Below, piece by piece: positions 35,135 to 49,532 of a DNA stretch of 52,094 nt. The number at the start of each line of letters is the position of its first letter. Within the stretch, counting starts at the first letter, position 1. The stretch lies in the NCBI RefSeq assembly GCF_006345805.1, contig NW_021833973.1:1-52094 (forward strand), given 5' to 3'. Source of the DNA: Octopus sinensis (taxonomy: Eukaryota). Position numbers and translations under genes: made by a program. The notes below the pieces were generated by a model that made no database searches, had not been told where the DNA came from, and saw only the letters and a list, made by a program, of their open reading frames with translations.

Positions 35135-36373
35135 ATAAACAAGGTGGTTTAGTAACAGATTTCAGTCAGGAAACCCTGGGTAGCAGTATTTAACGAGACT
35201 GTTGTGATTTTTATTATAATCATATCATTACTCTTTCAAAGCATTGAATGGTATGTTACTTGTTGACAAATGAAATCATGATACATGCAATTCTAAAAGG
35301 CTGAGATACAAAAAAATAACATTCGGGGAAAAAATAATTTTGAAAATGTATTTACAGAGGGATATTAATTTAATTGGGAAACTCAATAAAAAGCACTTAT
35401 TTTTTTTAAAAGAAAAAAAAAATTTTATGCATAAACATACAGGTACATAGACATATATACTTATACACACACAACCGTCCAACCCATGCTAGCATGGAGA
35501 ACGGACGTTAAACGACGAAATGCATGCATGCACACACGCAAAACTATACATATAATCAACAGCATGGATCCATTGAGTGTACAAGGACAGTTGTGTGTGT
35601 ATGAGTGTATGTAGCCATATATATATGTGTGTGTGTGTGTAACAGTATGTATTTATATGTGACCATGCATATATATATATATATACACATATATGTGTGT
35701 GTATTTGTATGTATTTATATGTGAGCATGTATATGTATATATATAGATAGATAGATAGATAGATAGATATGCCTATATATATATATATCTACATACACAC
35801 ACACATTCATATATATATATATATTTATATATACTTTATTTAAAAGCAGCAGAAATATACTCTGGTATTTGAATACTCTTTTTTTCCACCTTGTTTCACA
35901 TTTATTGGCTTACTCCGGTATATATATATGCACATGTGTATATACATGCACACACACACATATACATATGCACATACAGATACCTGTACACAAAGTGATG
36001 TATATATACACATGCATATACACAAACATATATACATATACACACACAAATATATATACATATGTGTATACACACATGCAAGGAATTGTAACAGTCAAAT
36101 AATGACACATAGCGGGGGGGGGGGAGTCCAAAATGGAATGGGAAGATAATGGTGAGATGAAAAGGAAGAGGTAGAGAAGATGAAAAAGGAGGCAGAAGAG
36201 GAGGGTAGAAGGTACAAACATGCGTGCGCGCGCGTGCACACGCACACACACACACACACACACAAAGAAACATGTTAACAGGAAGTGACCTGCCTTAGGT
36301 GGCAGCGGAGGGGTGCCACAGGTCACTCTCTTGAGGTGGTAAAAAAAAATCTACTAAAGGTTGACTCATTCAA

Positions 36374-36413
<40 letters not shown>

Positions 36414-36739
36414 CATTGCCAACCTAGCCTCTCGCCACTGCACCCCTCATCCGGCATCACCCCTCTCTACCCTGCATGCTTGCTGCCTGTTCAAGAACTT
36501 GCAGAGAATCGGCCAAATGAGTCATCACAGACAGACAATTCATGAAGAAGGTAAATTTTATTGGAGGGGGGAGACAACAACAACAATAATAATAATAATA
36601 ACAATAATAATAGTAATGAAAAATTTATTGATCCCAGAATTTTCTCCAAATGTAAAAAAACCCTTCCACAACTTACCCCTAACACCTGATTCCATTGCCT
36701 ACACCCTCATACCCCCTATCAAACACCCGGATATTATAG

Positions 36740-36974
36740 AATAATAATAATAATAATAACAATAATAATAATAATCAATAAAATAATAATAATAAAACAA
36801 TGAATAATAATAATAATTAGAAGAAGAAGAAGAGGAAGAAGGAGAAGAAGAAGATGAAGATGAAGAAGAAGAAAAAGAAAAAGAAAAATAAGGAGAAGAA
36901 GAAGAAGAGGGAGAAGAAAGAGGAAAAGAAGGAGAAGAAGAAGAAGAAGAAGGAAAAGAAGAAGGAGAAGAAGG

Positions 36975-37006
<32 letters not shown>

Positions 37007-37100
37007 GAGAAGGTGAAGAAGAAGAAGGAGAAGAAGAAAAGAAGAAGAAGAAGAAGAAGGAGAATAATAAAAATTATAATAAGAAACAATAATAATAATA
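36740..37100. repeat. (AAT)n flanking a (GAA/GAG)n tract
   Basis: Direct reading. Confidence 0.92.
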
Positions 37101-37429
37101 CATTGGTTCTGGAATTTTCTCAAATCTAAAACCCTTTATGCTGACCCTGATCCTCCTCCCCTCCTTTCCCCTCATCCTCATCCCAACCCCCCACACACCC
37201 CCACTCGATAAACACCCGAATCGCACAAAATTCGATGACGAAAATTTCACAGCTCATCTCGCGATGACTCATTTCTTTCTTGCTAAAAATGACACAGTCG
37301 CCCATCAATGGTGCCCCCCCCCCCGATCTGTTCCAAGCCCCCTCGCTGCCGGTTCCACCAAGTTCTTCGCAGATGTAATAGGTAGAAGAATCAGTTAGAT
37401 ACAGTAGTGAAATTTCCCCTCGAAATCAT

Positions 37430-37660
37430 GTTGCTGATGTGATGGTCATGGCTGGAACAAGTTTGATTACAATAAGTACAAGTGGTTCAACATCAGGAGT
37501 GACCTAGGGCTAAACCAACGACAACAACAGCCAGGAAGGATGCATTCGATAACGTAGTCCTAGATATACTATGCCTGAATAAAAGATAGGCTGATCATAA
37601 CTGGAACATCTTTGATCAGAGGTCAGCAGGATCAGGATGACCTAGGGTTAAACAACAACC
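37430..37660 (+). mobile_element. Family E 3' ends, two tandem units
   Basis: GACCTAGGG(C/T)TAAAC(C/A)AC at about 37501 and 37640. Confidence 0.7.
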
Positions 37661-37680
37661 ATCACACACACATACACACA

Positions 37681-37898
37681 TACTCTTTACTCTTTTACTT
37701 GTTTCAGTCATGTGATTGTGGCCATGCTGGAGCAACGCCTTTAATCGATCAAATCGACCCCGGGACTTATTCTTTGTAAGCCTAGTACTTATTTTATCGG
37801 TATCTTTTTTGCCGAACCGCTAAGTTACGGGGACGTAAACACACCAGCATCGGTTGTCAAGCGATGTTGGGAGGACAAATACAGACACACAAACATGC

Positions 37899-37945
<47 letters not shown>

Positions 37946-38116
37946 TACATATGCGATGGGCTTCTTTCAGTTTCCGTCTACCAAATCCACTCACAAGGCA
38001 TTGGTCAGCCCAAGGCTATAGTAGAAGACACTTGCCCAAGTTGCCACGCAGTGGGACTGAACCCGGAACCAGGTGGTTCGTAAGCAAGCTACTTACCACA
38101 CAGCCACTCCTATGCC
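37681..38116 (-). mobile_element. SINE family A, full length
   Basis: As 6085-6499. Confidence 0.92.
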
Positions 38117-38265
38117 TATATATATATATTATATATATATATATAGATCAAAACAGTCTGATTCAAATTTGTTGATACTCTGAGTTTCAAGCGCAATGCT
38201 AGTCTTCAGCCATTTTGGATTCATCTTCTTTTGTTCATCCACTCACTTGTGTATATATATATGTA

Positions 38266-38418
38266 AGCACAGGTGTGGCTGTGTGGTAAGTAGCTTGCTT
38301 CCCAACCACATAGTTCCAGGTTCAGTCCTGTGTGGCACCTTGGGTAAGTGTCTTCTACTATAACCTCAGGCCAACCAAAGCCTAGTGAGTGGATTTGGTA
38401 GAGACTGAAAGAAGCCTC
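38266..38418 (+). mobile_element. SINE family A, head only, followed by about 430 bp of TA/CA repeats
   Basis: GTGGCTGTGTGGTAAGTAGCTTGC...GAAAGAAGCC. Confidence 0.85.
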
Positions 38419-38455
38419 TTGTGTGTGTGTATGTGTGTTTGTATATATATATATA

Positions 38456-38536
<81 letters not shown>

Positions 38537-39295
38537 CACACATATATATACATATGTATGTATATATATACACACACACACACACATATATATACATATG
38601 TATGTATATATATACACACACACACACACATATATACATATACATACATATATATATTATATATATATATATATATATAGACACTCACACACATATATAC
38701 ATATACATATGTGTATATATATATATATAGACACACACACATACATATATACATATACATACATACATATATATATAGACACACACACACACATATATAT
38801 ACATATGTATGTATATATATACACACACACACACACACATATATAGTAGGTATGTAAGTATATAACATCAAACCAAAGTGTCAATTATGACACACACCAT
38901 AAAAGAATCGGAGAGTCAAACACGCTATTGCAGACAACAACAACAGCAACAACAACCACAGACAGACAGACGGACAGAGAGGACACAGACAGATATCAGA
39001 GACACTCATGAAGAGTATAGAACCAACCAGTCATACACGTACATAACAAAACCCATAATGACCGCAGAGACAGACGGACTTACACATAATAAAGACTATA
39101 AAAGGAGAAGAATCAGAGAAATGTTTCTCTCGAATCATAAAAAGTGAAATTAATGGCGAAGTATATTAGATATCGTATGATTTTAAGAAACAATAAGATC
39201 TAAAAAGCAACATCAAAAACAAAGAGAAGAAATGAGAGATGATAATAGATGAAAAAAAATAATGAAGAAAAGAGATGAAATACTTAAACACAGAA

Positions 39296-40310
39296 GACTA
39301 TAAAAACTTGAGAATATTTTAAAATCTTAATTCTTCGAATTGTTATTTTTGCTTTTGGTTTTTTTTTGTTGGATGCTTTCTTTGTTAGTGGCACCAGCAC
39401 TAGTGAGGTCACCATACTGCTTGCAAGACCATAAAAACATGAGAATATTTTAAAATCTTAATTCTTCAAATTGTTATTTTGGTTTTTTTTTCATCATTAT
39501 CATCATCGTCATCTTCATCATCGTTTCATGTTCCCTTTTCCAAGGTGGGATGGGTTGGATGGTTCCCCACGACTTCGTCTTGCCCCAATGTCCACTTTGG
39601 AATGGTCACTATGGCCGGATGTCCGTCCTAACGCCAACCGCTTTACAGCGTGTGTTCGATGCTTTCTTTGTTAGTGGCACCAGCATTAGTGAGGTCACCG
39701 TACTGCTTGCAAGACTATAAAAACATGAGAATATTTTAAAATCTTAATTCTTCGAATCGTTATTTTTGCCTTTGGTTTTTTTTTTTTCCTCATTATCATC
39801 ATCATGATCCCTTTTCATGATCCCTTTTCCAAGCTGGGATGAATTGGGTGGTTTGACAGGAGCTGGGTGGTTCCCCAGGACTTCGTCTTGCTCCGATGTC
39901 CACTTTGGCATGGTCACTATGGCCAGATGTCCGTCCTAACGCCAACCGCTTTACAGCATGTGTTGGATACTTTGTTTGTTAATGGCACCAGCACTAGTGA
40001 GGTCACCGTACTGCTTGCAAGACTATAAAAACATGAGAATATTTTTAAATCTTTTTTTTCATCATTATCATCATCATCATCTTCATCATCATTTCGTGTT
40101 CCCTTTTACCAAGCTGGGATAGGTTGGATGGTTTGACAGGAACGGCTGGTTCCCCAGGACTTCGTCTTGCTCCGATGTCCACTTTGGCATGGTCACTATG
40201 ACTGGATGTCCGTCCTAATGCCAACCGCTTTACAGCATGTGTCGGATGATTTCTTTGTTAGTGACACCAGCATGAGTGAGGTCACCGTACTGCTTGCAAG
40301 ACTACAAGCC
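39296..40310. repeat. Tandem array (units of 131, 286, 308 and 279 bp) built on a diverged family C-like fragment plus flank
   Basis: GAC(T/C)A(T/C)AA at 39296, 39427, 39713, 40021 and 40300; GGATGTCCGTCCTAA(C/T)GCCAACC in three units. Confidence 0.9.
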
Positions 40311-40621
40311 CCCAAGGGGCAATCAGCTTTAATCCACGAGGTTAGGGGTTCATATACATTCACATATATCTTTTAGCTTTTACTTATTTCAGTCATTAGA
40401 ATGTGGCCATGCTGGGGCACAGCCTTGAAGAATTTTTAATCAAATGTATCAACCACAGTACTTAGTACCTGCTGTACTCTTTCACCACAACTTTCTCTTA
40501 CTCTTTCTTCTGTTGGCCTGCTCGCTTAGCCAGTGGAGTGGCGTCATTTGAAGGCTAAAACAATGTGAAGCGCACTGTAACCAGCGATGTGTAGCAACAT
40601 CTGATAGCCTGGTCGATCACG

Positions 40622-40660
<39 letters not shown>

Positions 40661-40664
<4 letters not shown>

Positions 40665-41011
40665 TAACATCAATGGAAATTGTAGCTGTGATACCAGTGC
40701 CGGTGGCACATAAGAGAAACGTCCGAACGTGGCCGTTGCCAGCGCCGTCCCAACTGGCTTCCGTGCCGGTGGCACGTAAAAAGCACCATCCGATCGTGGC
40801 CGTTTGCCAGCCTCACCTGGCACCTGTGCAGGTGGCACGTAAAAAGCACCCACTACACTCACGGAGTGGTTGGCATTAGGAAGGGCATCCAGCTGTAGAA
40901 ACATTGCCAGATCAGACTGGGCCTGGCGCAGCCTTCTGGCTTCCCAGACCCCAGTAGCACCGCCCAACCCAGGCCAGCATGGAAAGCGGACGCTAAACGA
41001 TGATGATGATG
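40661..41011 (+). mobile_element. SINE-like family C
   Basis: Three GTGGCAC...AA..A(A/C)C repeats and a (GAT)n tail. Confidence 0.88.
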
Positions 41012-41108
41012 TATATATACGTACATATGTCATATATATACATACATGTCATATATATATACATATATATACATACGTCATATATATACATATATATACA
41101 AACATGTC

Positions 41109-41144
<36 letters not shown>

Positions 41145-41596
41145 TCAAAAAAAACATATACATACATCTATCATATATATAAATACACTACATGTGTGTG
41201 TGTGTGTGTGTGTGCGTATGAATACACATACAGACACACACTTGTTTGTTTTTTCTTCCTGCTTCATCGTATTGTCCAATTTAAGAATCTGACTAAAGCA
41301 GCAATCTGTGCAACACGACAATAATTAATTTGGCGCTAGTCTTGGATTTAAGCAAATGAATTCCTCATTCATCATTCTGTTCAGCTTAAATATGAAATGC
41401 TAAAGTCTTAAACGGAACAGAAGTTGCGTCATATGGCGCCGTACATGCATATAGCCCATGGCCAAATAGCGAAGATGGAAGTTTACTCTGTAATCATTCT
41501 GGTTCTTGATCTGACAAACCCTACGCTTACCTCAGTCACACACCGTAACAGTTATGTTCTGCATTCTATTAGTAATCATGAAGTTTGTACATGCAT

Positions 41597-42066
41597 ATCA
41601 TCATCATCATTTAACCCTTTTGTTACCATATTTCTGTTGAGATGCTCTGTGTTTCTTTCAATTAATTTTAAATGTAACAAAGAATTTAGTAAAATAACTT
41701 TGTTATCATTAAGCTAGTGTTAGGAACATAAATTGTGACTAAGGTTTGGTGGAAGGTTTTAATTAAAAACTTATGAAAACAAGACATTTGTACTCAGAGT
41801 CAGAGGCAGTTTCAGTCGGGTTGGTAACGAAAGGGTTAATGTCCGTTCTCCATGCTAGCATGGGTTGGACGGTTCGACCGGGACCTGGGAAGCCAGAAGA
41901 CTGCACCAGGCTCCAATCTTGATCTGGCAGTGTTTCTACAGCTGGATGCCCTTCTTACGCCAACCACTCTGCGAGTGTAGTGGATGCTTTTTACGTGCCA
42001 CCGGCACAGGTGCAAGGCGAGGCTGGCAACGGCCACGATCAGATTGGTGCTTTTTACGTGCCACCA
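41597..42066 (-). mobile_element. Family C copy interrupted by the MITE
   Basis: (CAT)nTTAA|MITE|TTAATGTCCGTTCTCCATGCTAGC. Confidence 0.85.
41615..41835. mobile_element. piggyBac-like MITE (family F), complete
   Basis: TTAA TSDs 41611-41614 and 41836-41839; TIR CCCTTT(T/C)GTTACC. Confidence 0.92.
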
Positions 42067-42094
42067 TATATATTCTTACCATATATATTCTTTT

Positions 42095-42300
42095 ATTTGT
42101 TTCAGTCATTTGACTGCAGCCATTCTGGAGCACCATCTTTAATCGAACAAATCGAACCCAGGCCCTTATTCTTTGTAAGCCTAGTACTTACTCTATCATT
42201 ACTCTTTCGCTGAACTGTTAAGTTACGGAGACATAAACACACCAGCATCAGTTGTCAAGCAATGTTGGGGGGACAAACACAGACACACAAACATAGACAT
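42095..42300 (-). mobile_element. SINE family A tail; its head remnant lies at about 42828-42890, with families H and C in between
   Basis: Sequence match to family A. Confidence 0.75.
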
Positions 42301-42399
42301 ACAAATATATATATATTTGTCACACACACATATATCCCCTTCTCCCTATCTCTCCTGCATGACCCTTCTGTCTGGCTTTCGCCATTATAGATCGCTAGC

Positions 42400-42538
42400 C
42401 ACTACACATTTCTGTGGAGGAGCTTAGGCTCGAAATGTTAAAAACTTTTTCATTTCCCAAGCGTTAAACTAATACATCTGTTTGTTGTCCACACCACCTG
42501 TCTTCGTCTTTTGCTTTTTTTTGTGAATTCTCCCCCTA
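42400..42538 (+). mobile_element. Family H copy
   Basis: CTGTGGAGGAGCTTAGGCTCGAAATGTT at 42412; ends CTCCCCC(TA)n. Confidence 0.75.
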
Positions 42539-42545
42539 TATATAT

Positions 42546-42752
42546 CACCATCATCATCATCATCGTTTAATGTCCATTTAACATCCGGGGTCTGGGAAGC
42601 CAGGGGCTGCACCAGGCTCCAGTCTGATCTGGCAGTGTTTCTACAGCTGGATGCCCATCCTAACACCAACCACTCAGCGAGTGTAGTGGGTGCTTTTTAC
42701 GTGCCACCGGCACAGGTGCCAGATAAGTCTGGCATTGGCCACGATCGGTTCC
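42546..42752 (-). mobile_element. SINE-like family C, deleted
   Basis: (CAT)nCGTTTAATGTCC...GGATGCCCATCCTAACACCAACC. Confidence 0.82.
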
Positions 42753-44283
42753 CAGTATATATATATATATATACAGTATATATATATATATACGGAAGCC
42801 AGTATATATATACATATATATATATACACGACTGGCTTCTTTCAGTTTCTGTCTCACAAGGCTTCAGTCATCCTGAGACTATATAGTAGAAGACGTCAGG
42901 CTTTGTGCAGTTTCCATCAACCACATTGCTTGACCATGGGGCCACAGCAGTAGATGTTTGCCCCATTTGAGAACTCAGCTCTATAACATATAATGTTATT
43001 TGCACTCCTCTCACACAAACTCAGGCCACTCAAAGAAACAAGCGCCAATCACATTCCGCACTGCTCCATCCCAACTGAGATAGACACTAAATATAACAAC
43101 AACAGCAACAACAACAACAAGCCATGACCACCACCACCAAATTCCACAACATGGGTACAAAACATTCTACAATGCCAAAAGATAATGCTACATACATACA
43201 TGAAGACACACATGCACACAGATGTAAACACACACACACATATGTGCACATGTACTCACACAGGCATTCATACACAAACAACTATATATATATACATATA
43301 TTATATATATATATACACACACATGCACATGTAAATATACATGCACACATGTATACACACATACTCACACACATTCATGCATGCATACACATGCACACAC
43401 ACATCCATGCACACAAATGCACATACACGCACACGCACATATACACACATACATACACACAAATGTCCACGCATGCACATACACACATACACACACACAG
43501 ACTATACCCCCACACCCCCATACACACATACCCCCCTCCACTCCCCCTCTCCCACGCGTACACAGTGGAGAGGTGGTGCAGCCGGCGGTGCAACAAACAA
43601 ACGCTCGTATCTGCAACCCCCCCCCTCCCGATAACAGATCTAGTTCATTGGTATTACAACACAGCAGGGGGCGACGGATAAGATAACAAGACAAATGTTA
43701 TTGCAACAAATGCCATAGCAGGGGGTAAAAACAACTACAATAACAACAACAACAACAGTCGCAACACTGATGATAATAATAACGATAATAATAACAGGAA
43801 GGTACAGAATTGAGAGTGGTTTTGTTTTATGAGCCGCCATCTGTCCGTCTGTTTGCCTGTAGATGGGTCGGAGGAGAGTAGGACTTCGGTGTGTGTGTGT
43901 GTGTACGTGTGTTAGACCACACAGGCAGAGCTTACATGATATATATATATATATATATATACCATATATATATAACATAAATAATATACAGCATAATATA
44001 ATACATACATACATACAATATAATATATATATATATAAGCGATACAAAATGACAGATTGTTAGGAAGGAGAGACACACAAATAAGAAAGAAGAAAGCAAA
44101 GGACCACTGATGAGGTCACAGAAGTGTGACGAAAGAACTCTGGCTGGAATACAATTAATATAGAATAAAGCTGAAGTGAGTGAACATCGAATATATTGTG
44201 CATGTGTTTTCATTGGCTAAACTGGGAAAATGACCATCACCAAATACAACAATATACATACATATATATAAACATACATATAT

Positions 44284-44442
44284 AGGTGCAGGAGTGGTAA
44301 GTAGCTTTGCTAACCAACCACATGGTTCTGGGTTCAGTCCCACTGCGTGGCATCCTGGGCAAGTGTCTTCTGCTATAGCCCCGGGCCGACCAATGCCTTG
44401 TGAGTGGATTTGGTAGACGGAATCTGAAAGAAGCCTGTCGTA

Positions 44443-44474
<32 letters not shown>

Positions 44475-44695
44475 AGTGTGTGTGTATATGTGTGTGTGTC
44501 TGTCTCCCTAGCATTGCTTGACAACCGATGCTGGTGTGTTTACGTCCCCCGTCACTTAGCGGTTCAGCAAAAGAGACCGATAGAATAAGTACTGGGCTTA
44601 CAAAGAATAAGTCCCGGGGTCGATTTGCTCGACTAAAGGCAGTGCTGCAGCATGGCCACAGTCTGATGACTAAAACAAGTAAAAAATGAAAGAGA
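44284..44695 (+). mobile_element. SINE family A, full length
   Basis: As 1929. Confidence 0.92.
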
Positions 44696-44843
44696 TATGA
44701 TGATCTTCTATTAAATACTCTCATAAGAAAATTAAAAAAAAGACATTTACCCAAAGAGCAATGCAGAGGGATTGAACTCAAACCTGTGTGATTGGCAAGC
44801 AAGCTTCTTAACCACATAGCTACACCTATCAGGATAAACGAGA

Positions 44844-45257
44844 TTACTCTTTTACTCTTTTACTTGTTTCAGTCATTTGACTGCGGCCATGCTGGAGCAC
44901 CGCCTTTAGTCGAGCAAATCGACCCCCGGGACTTATTCTTTGTAAGCCCAGTACTCATTCTATCAGTCTCTTTTGCCGAACCTCTAAGTGACGGGGACGT
45001 AAACACACCAGCATCGGTTGTCAAGCGATGTTGGGGGGACAAACTCAGACACTCAAACATATACACACACATACATATATATATATATATACAATTATAC
45101 GACAGGCTTCTTTCAGTTTACGTCTACCAAATCCACTCACAAGGCTTTGGTCGGTTCGGGGCTATAGCAGAAGACACTTGCCCAAGATGCCACGCAGTGA
45201 GACTGAACCCGGAACCATGTGGTTGGTAAGCAAGCTACTTACCACACAGCCACTCCT
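44844..45257 (-). mobile_element. SINE family A, full length, tail-to-tail with the previous copy
   Basis: As 6085-6499. Confidence 0.92.
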
Positions 45258-45580
45258 ATGTATATTTTTTATGTATTTATCAATAGAATTACAAAGGAAC
45301 TCAAGGAAATGAAAGTATTTTTTCCAACATTAATTTTTACCAACTTGAAAGACAAAAACTTATGTAATTTCATCTCAGAATAAGATCTACACATAAATAG
45401 ACAGCTTTAAATATGTCACCGAGATTAAGAGATTACAGATAATCCATGGATTTATATATAGACAAACGGACTGATAAATTACATATAGATGTTCAATAAA
45501 AGAGGGGTAGGATGACCCTGGAAAACACACACACACACACATACACATATATAATATATATATATATATATAATCTTGTG

Positions 45581-45685
45581 AAGGCACATGGCTCAGTGGT
45601 TAGAGCGTAGAGCTTACGATCGTGAGGTTGTGAGTTCGATTCCAGACCGGGCTGTGTGTTGTGTTCTTGAGCAAGACACTTTATA
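45581..45685 (+). mobile_element. SINE family D head and CORE-like start, truncated
   Basis: TGGCTCAGTGGTTAGAGC...GAGTTCGATTCC...TTCTTGAGCAAGACACTTTA. Confidence 0.8.
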
Positions 45686-46444
45686 AAACATCTTTTTCTC
45701 TTGGCTTTATTGAGAAAATTCTATAGTTTGTAAGATATTTCTTCTTGTTTTTTCTTCAATTTCTGCAATTTCAACCAATCAATGACGTCCATTGAGGTAA
45801 AAAAACATTCTGTGCCGTATGAATACGTCCCTCGTTTAAGAAACAGATTGGGTTTATTTACATTTCTGAAGGAAAAAAGATACCCTAACTAACCCTAACC
45901 CTAAAACAGATTGAAATGCAATAGATCGATACTAGGGTCATAATTATGGGTGACAATTTCATATGACACTGCTAGAAAAACCTGCCGTTCAAACCGAAAA
46001 GATCCTAAATATATATAAACATTACCAAAGTCACCTAATTAATATATATGTTTTGTTTATGCCCTTATTGGCTGTGAGATTTCTCCAAGGAAAAATCCCT
46101 TTAAGACATCAAGTGTTAAAAAAAATATTGAATTCTTCAGACCAGACAAAAGGAATTTTTGCAGGTGAACAAGAATGGTTGATATCAATATTTAAAATGG
46201 TATTTCAGTTCGTTGGCACTGTGTATCTGAGTCACCTCAAAATGAATTCAAATTGCTTGTCTGAGGTATACATGCAAATTGCAAATAGCATGCAATTTAT
46301 CGGCAGATGTGCAAACAGTACTGCACAAATTTTGAAGTGTGTGTGCGTGTGTGTGTATATACGCACACACTTACAAAGTGCATGTATATGTATATATGTA
46401 TATATGCATATACATCGCCATGTTGATTCGTTAGCTACTGCACG

Positions 46445-46622
46445 CATTTTTTTCTCTCCTTCTTTCTGTTTTTTTTCTCTCTGTGTATCTTTCTGTTGAA
46501 GAGCGTAGGCTCGAAACGTTGAAGACTTGTTGTATTTATATTTCCTGAGCGCCATACTAATACAATTGTTCGTTTGTTTTCCACCTGCCTTCGTCTTTTG
46601 TCTATTTTCATAAAGCTTCCCG
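46445..46622 (+). mobile_element. Family H copy
   Basis: CTGTTGAAGAGCGTAGGCTCGAAACGTT at 46493. Confidence 0.78.
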
Positions 46623-46966
46623 TCACATACACTTATACAAAGTATGTATATGTATATGTATATACACACATACACTTATACAAAGTATATATATGTATAT
46701 GTATACACACACATACACACACAAAGTGTTGATATATATATATATATATATAGATCGATAGATATAACACAAATACAAAGTATATGTATATGTATATATA
46801 CATATACACACATACAAAGTATCTATATTATATATGTGTATACACACACATACACACACACAGTGTTTTATATATATTATATATATATATATATATATTA
46901 TATATAATATATGTGGTGCCCCAGCATGGCCGCGGCCTTCGGGCTAAAACATTAAGGATTTTAAGG

Positions 46967-47026
<60 letters not shown>

Positions 47027-47038
47027 CTATATATATAT

Positions 47039-47074
<36 letters not shown>

Positions 47075-47075
47075 G

Positions 47076-47124
<49 letters not shown>

Positions 47125-47137
47125 CACAAATACAAAG

Positions 47138-47183
<46 letters not shown>

Positions 47184-47559
47184 TACACACACACACACAT
47201 TGTCTTAATTTCTGACTAATTAATTGGAGAGTGAACAGGGGAGGGAGCAGCTGGAAGGGAGGGGTGTGTGACTCACAGAACAGGCTGTACATTGGTGAAG
47301 ATGACTATTGTATGTCCCCGGAGGGGGTCGGGAACAAAGGATAGGGGTACAACACACAAACACACCTTTATATCACAGACACCATCACTGCTACCACCAG
47401 CACTGTTTTGCTACACCAGGACTCATCATCACCACACCCACCACTACTACCTGCACCACAACACATAATGCAACCATTTTAGAGTATAGGACACTGACAC
47501 CTCTTGTACTACAACCGAAGCCACACCATGTACCATCACCACCACATTATGTAACATTA

Positions 47560-47990
47560 CCATCAATACTACCACCACAACCCATACCATCAATGGCATG
47601 TAGTCCAACTATGAACACAACCACCGCCACTACAACCCATACCATCAATGACATGTAGCCCAACCATCAACACTACCACCACCACCACCTTAACCCATAC
47701 CATCAACGCTATGTAGCACAATCATCAACATTACAACCACCACCACCACAACCCATACCATCAATTTCATGTAGCTCAACCATCAACACTACCACTACCA
47801 CCACCACCACAACCCATACCATCAATGTCATGTAGCTCAACCATCAACACCACCACCACAACCCATACCATCAATGTCATGTAGCTCAACCATCACTACT
47901 ACACCACCACCACCACCACCACCACCACCACACCCATACCATCAATGCCATGTAGCCCAACCATCGACACTACCACCACCACTGTCACAT
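47560..47990. repeat. Minisatellite of about 50-56 bp (ACCACAACCCATACCATCAATG.CATGTAGC.CAACCATCAACACTACC)
   Basis: About 7-8 copies, with unit length varying in the (ACC)n part. Confidence 0.9.
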
Positions 47991-48258
47991 AACATCACCA
48001 CCCTCACCTGGCAACCAGTATTTCATTTTTTTCTTTTTTACATACCCATGACTTAGCAGTTGGGCAAGAAGAGAACGAAAAAATAAATAGCAAACCTTAA
48101 AAACAATATAAGCAGAGAGGCCTATTTGTTCAACTAAACACTTCGAACTGGTGCCCCAGCATGGCCACAACCAAATAGCTGGAACCAGCAGAAGATAAAA
48201 GATATATATATATATACATGTGTGTGTGTGTGTGTGTGCATGTGTATGTGTGTATATA

Positions 48259-48290
<32 letters not shown>

Positions 48291-48313
48291 ACACACATAC
48301 ACACACATACACA

Positions 48314-48347
<34 letters not shown>

Positions 48348-48574
48348 CCTCATAGAGGATATCATAGGTGAGTCAGCTATCATTAGTAATATCATTTACA
48401 ATGAAATAACAGTATGGTGGTGATGGTGACAGCAGTGATGGTGGTCGTTGTGGTGGTGGTGGTGGTAGTGGTGGTATGATGGTGATATGCAAAGCAGAAA
48501 CGAAGCCTCAAACAGAGGTAACTAGGTGGTTTCCTCGCATTCTCTTCCAGAGTACGCACACACATCTAACACAG

Positions 48575-48991
48575 TCACAAAATAATAGCAATAATAATAA
48601 AGATAATAACAATAATAATAATAATAATGATGATGATGATGATGATGATGATGATAAAATAAAATAATAATAATAATGATGATAAAAATAAAATAATAAT
48701 AATGATGATGATGATGATAAAAATAAAATAATAATAATGATGATGATAAAAATAAAATAATAATAATAATGATGATGTGATAAAAATAAAATAATAATAA
48801 TGATGATGATGATGATGATAAAAATAAAATAACGATGATGATGATGATGATAATAATGATAATAATAATAATAATGATGATGATGATGATAAAAATAAAA
48901 TAATAATAATAATAATAATAATGATGATGATGATAAAAATAAAATGATGATGATGATAATAAGAAGAAGAATGATGTGGATGATAATAAAA

Positions 48992-49036
<45 letters not shown>

Positions 49037-49060
49037 TGATGATGATGATGATGATAATAT
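48575..49060. repeat. (AAT/GAT)n tract with a higher-order GATGATAAAAATAAAATAATAAT unit
   Basis: Direct reading. Confidence 0.9.
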
Positions 49061-49532
49061 ACACACATGCAGGCACACACACACAGAGCAATACACATGG
49101 ATATGTTTACACATGTCAGTCATATATATACACACAATTGTTATACATTTGCACAAACTGAGATATGTACACACAGCAAGATGAGATGTGCTAATTCAAA
49201 CAAGTCATTCTATACATGAGACAGAAGATCATATATAGAATATCGATTACATATACATATTATATATACATGTGTGTGTGTATATATATATATATATATG
49301 TATGTATATCTGTATGTGTGTATATATGTGTACATATATATATATATATCTGTTGTATATATATATATATATATATATGTTTGTATGTATATATATATAT
49401 ATATGTATATATGTGTATATATAGATAGATAGATATAGTTATGTGTATATATATATATACACACATATAAATGGAGAAATGGTACACATTGAAAGCTACA
49501 CATTTCTCCGGTTTCTTTTTCTGCTCTTGTTT

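Noticed and set aside
37228-37251. KFDDENFT, cyclophilin-like octapeptide
   Set aside because: The flanks do not match cyclophilin (no SIYG before, no LKH..PG.LSMAN after); likely chance
38878-39147. 89-aa ORF with poly-Q in unique-looking sequence
   Set aside because: GTG start, low complexity, no recognisable domain and no convincing splice sites
45883-45904. (CCCTAA)x3 telomere-like repeat
   Set aside because: Too short and imperfect; such runs are common inside non-autonomous transposons and do not indicate a telomere or fusion
45963-46499. 178-aa ORF MTLLEKPAVQ...
   Set aside because: It starts in a probable repeat, runs through (TA)/(TG) tracts and ends in family H; no homology recognised
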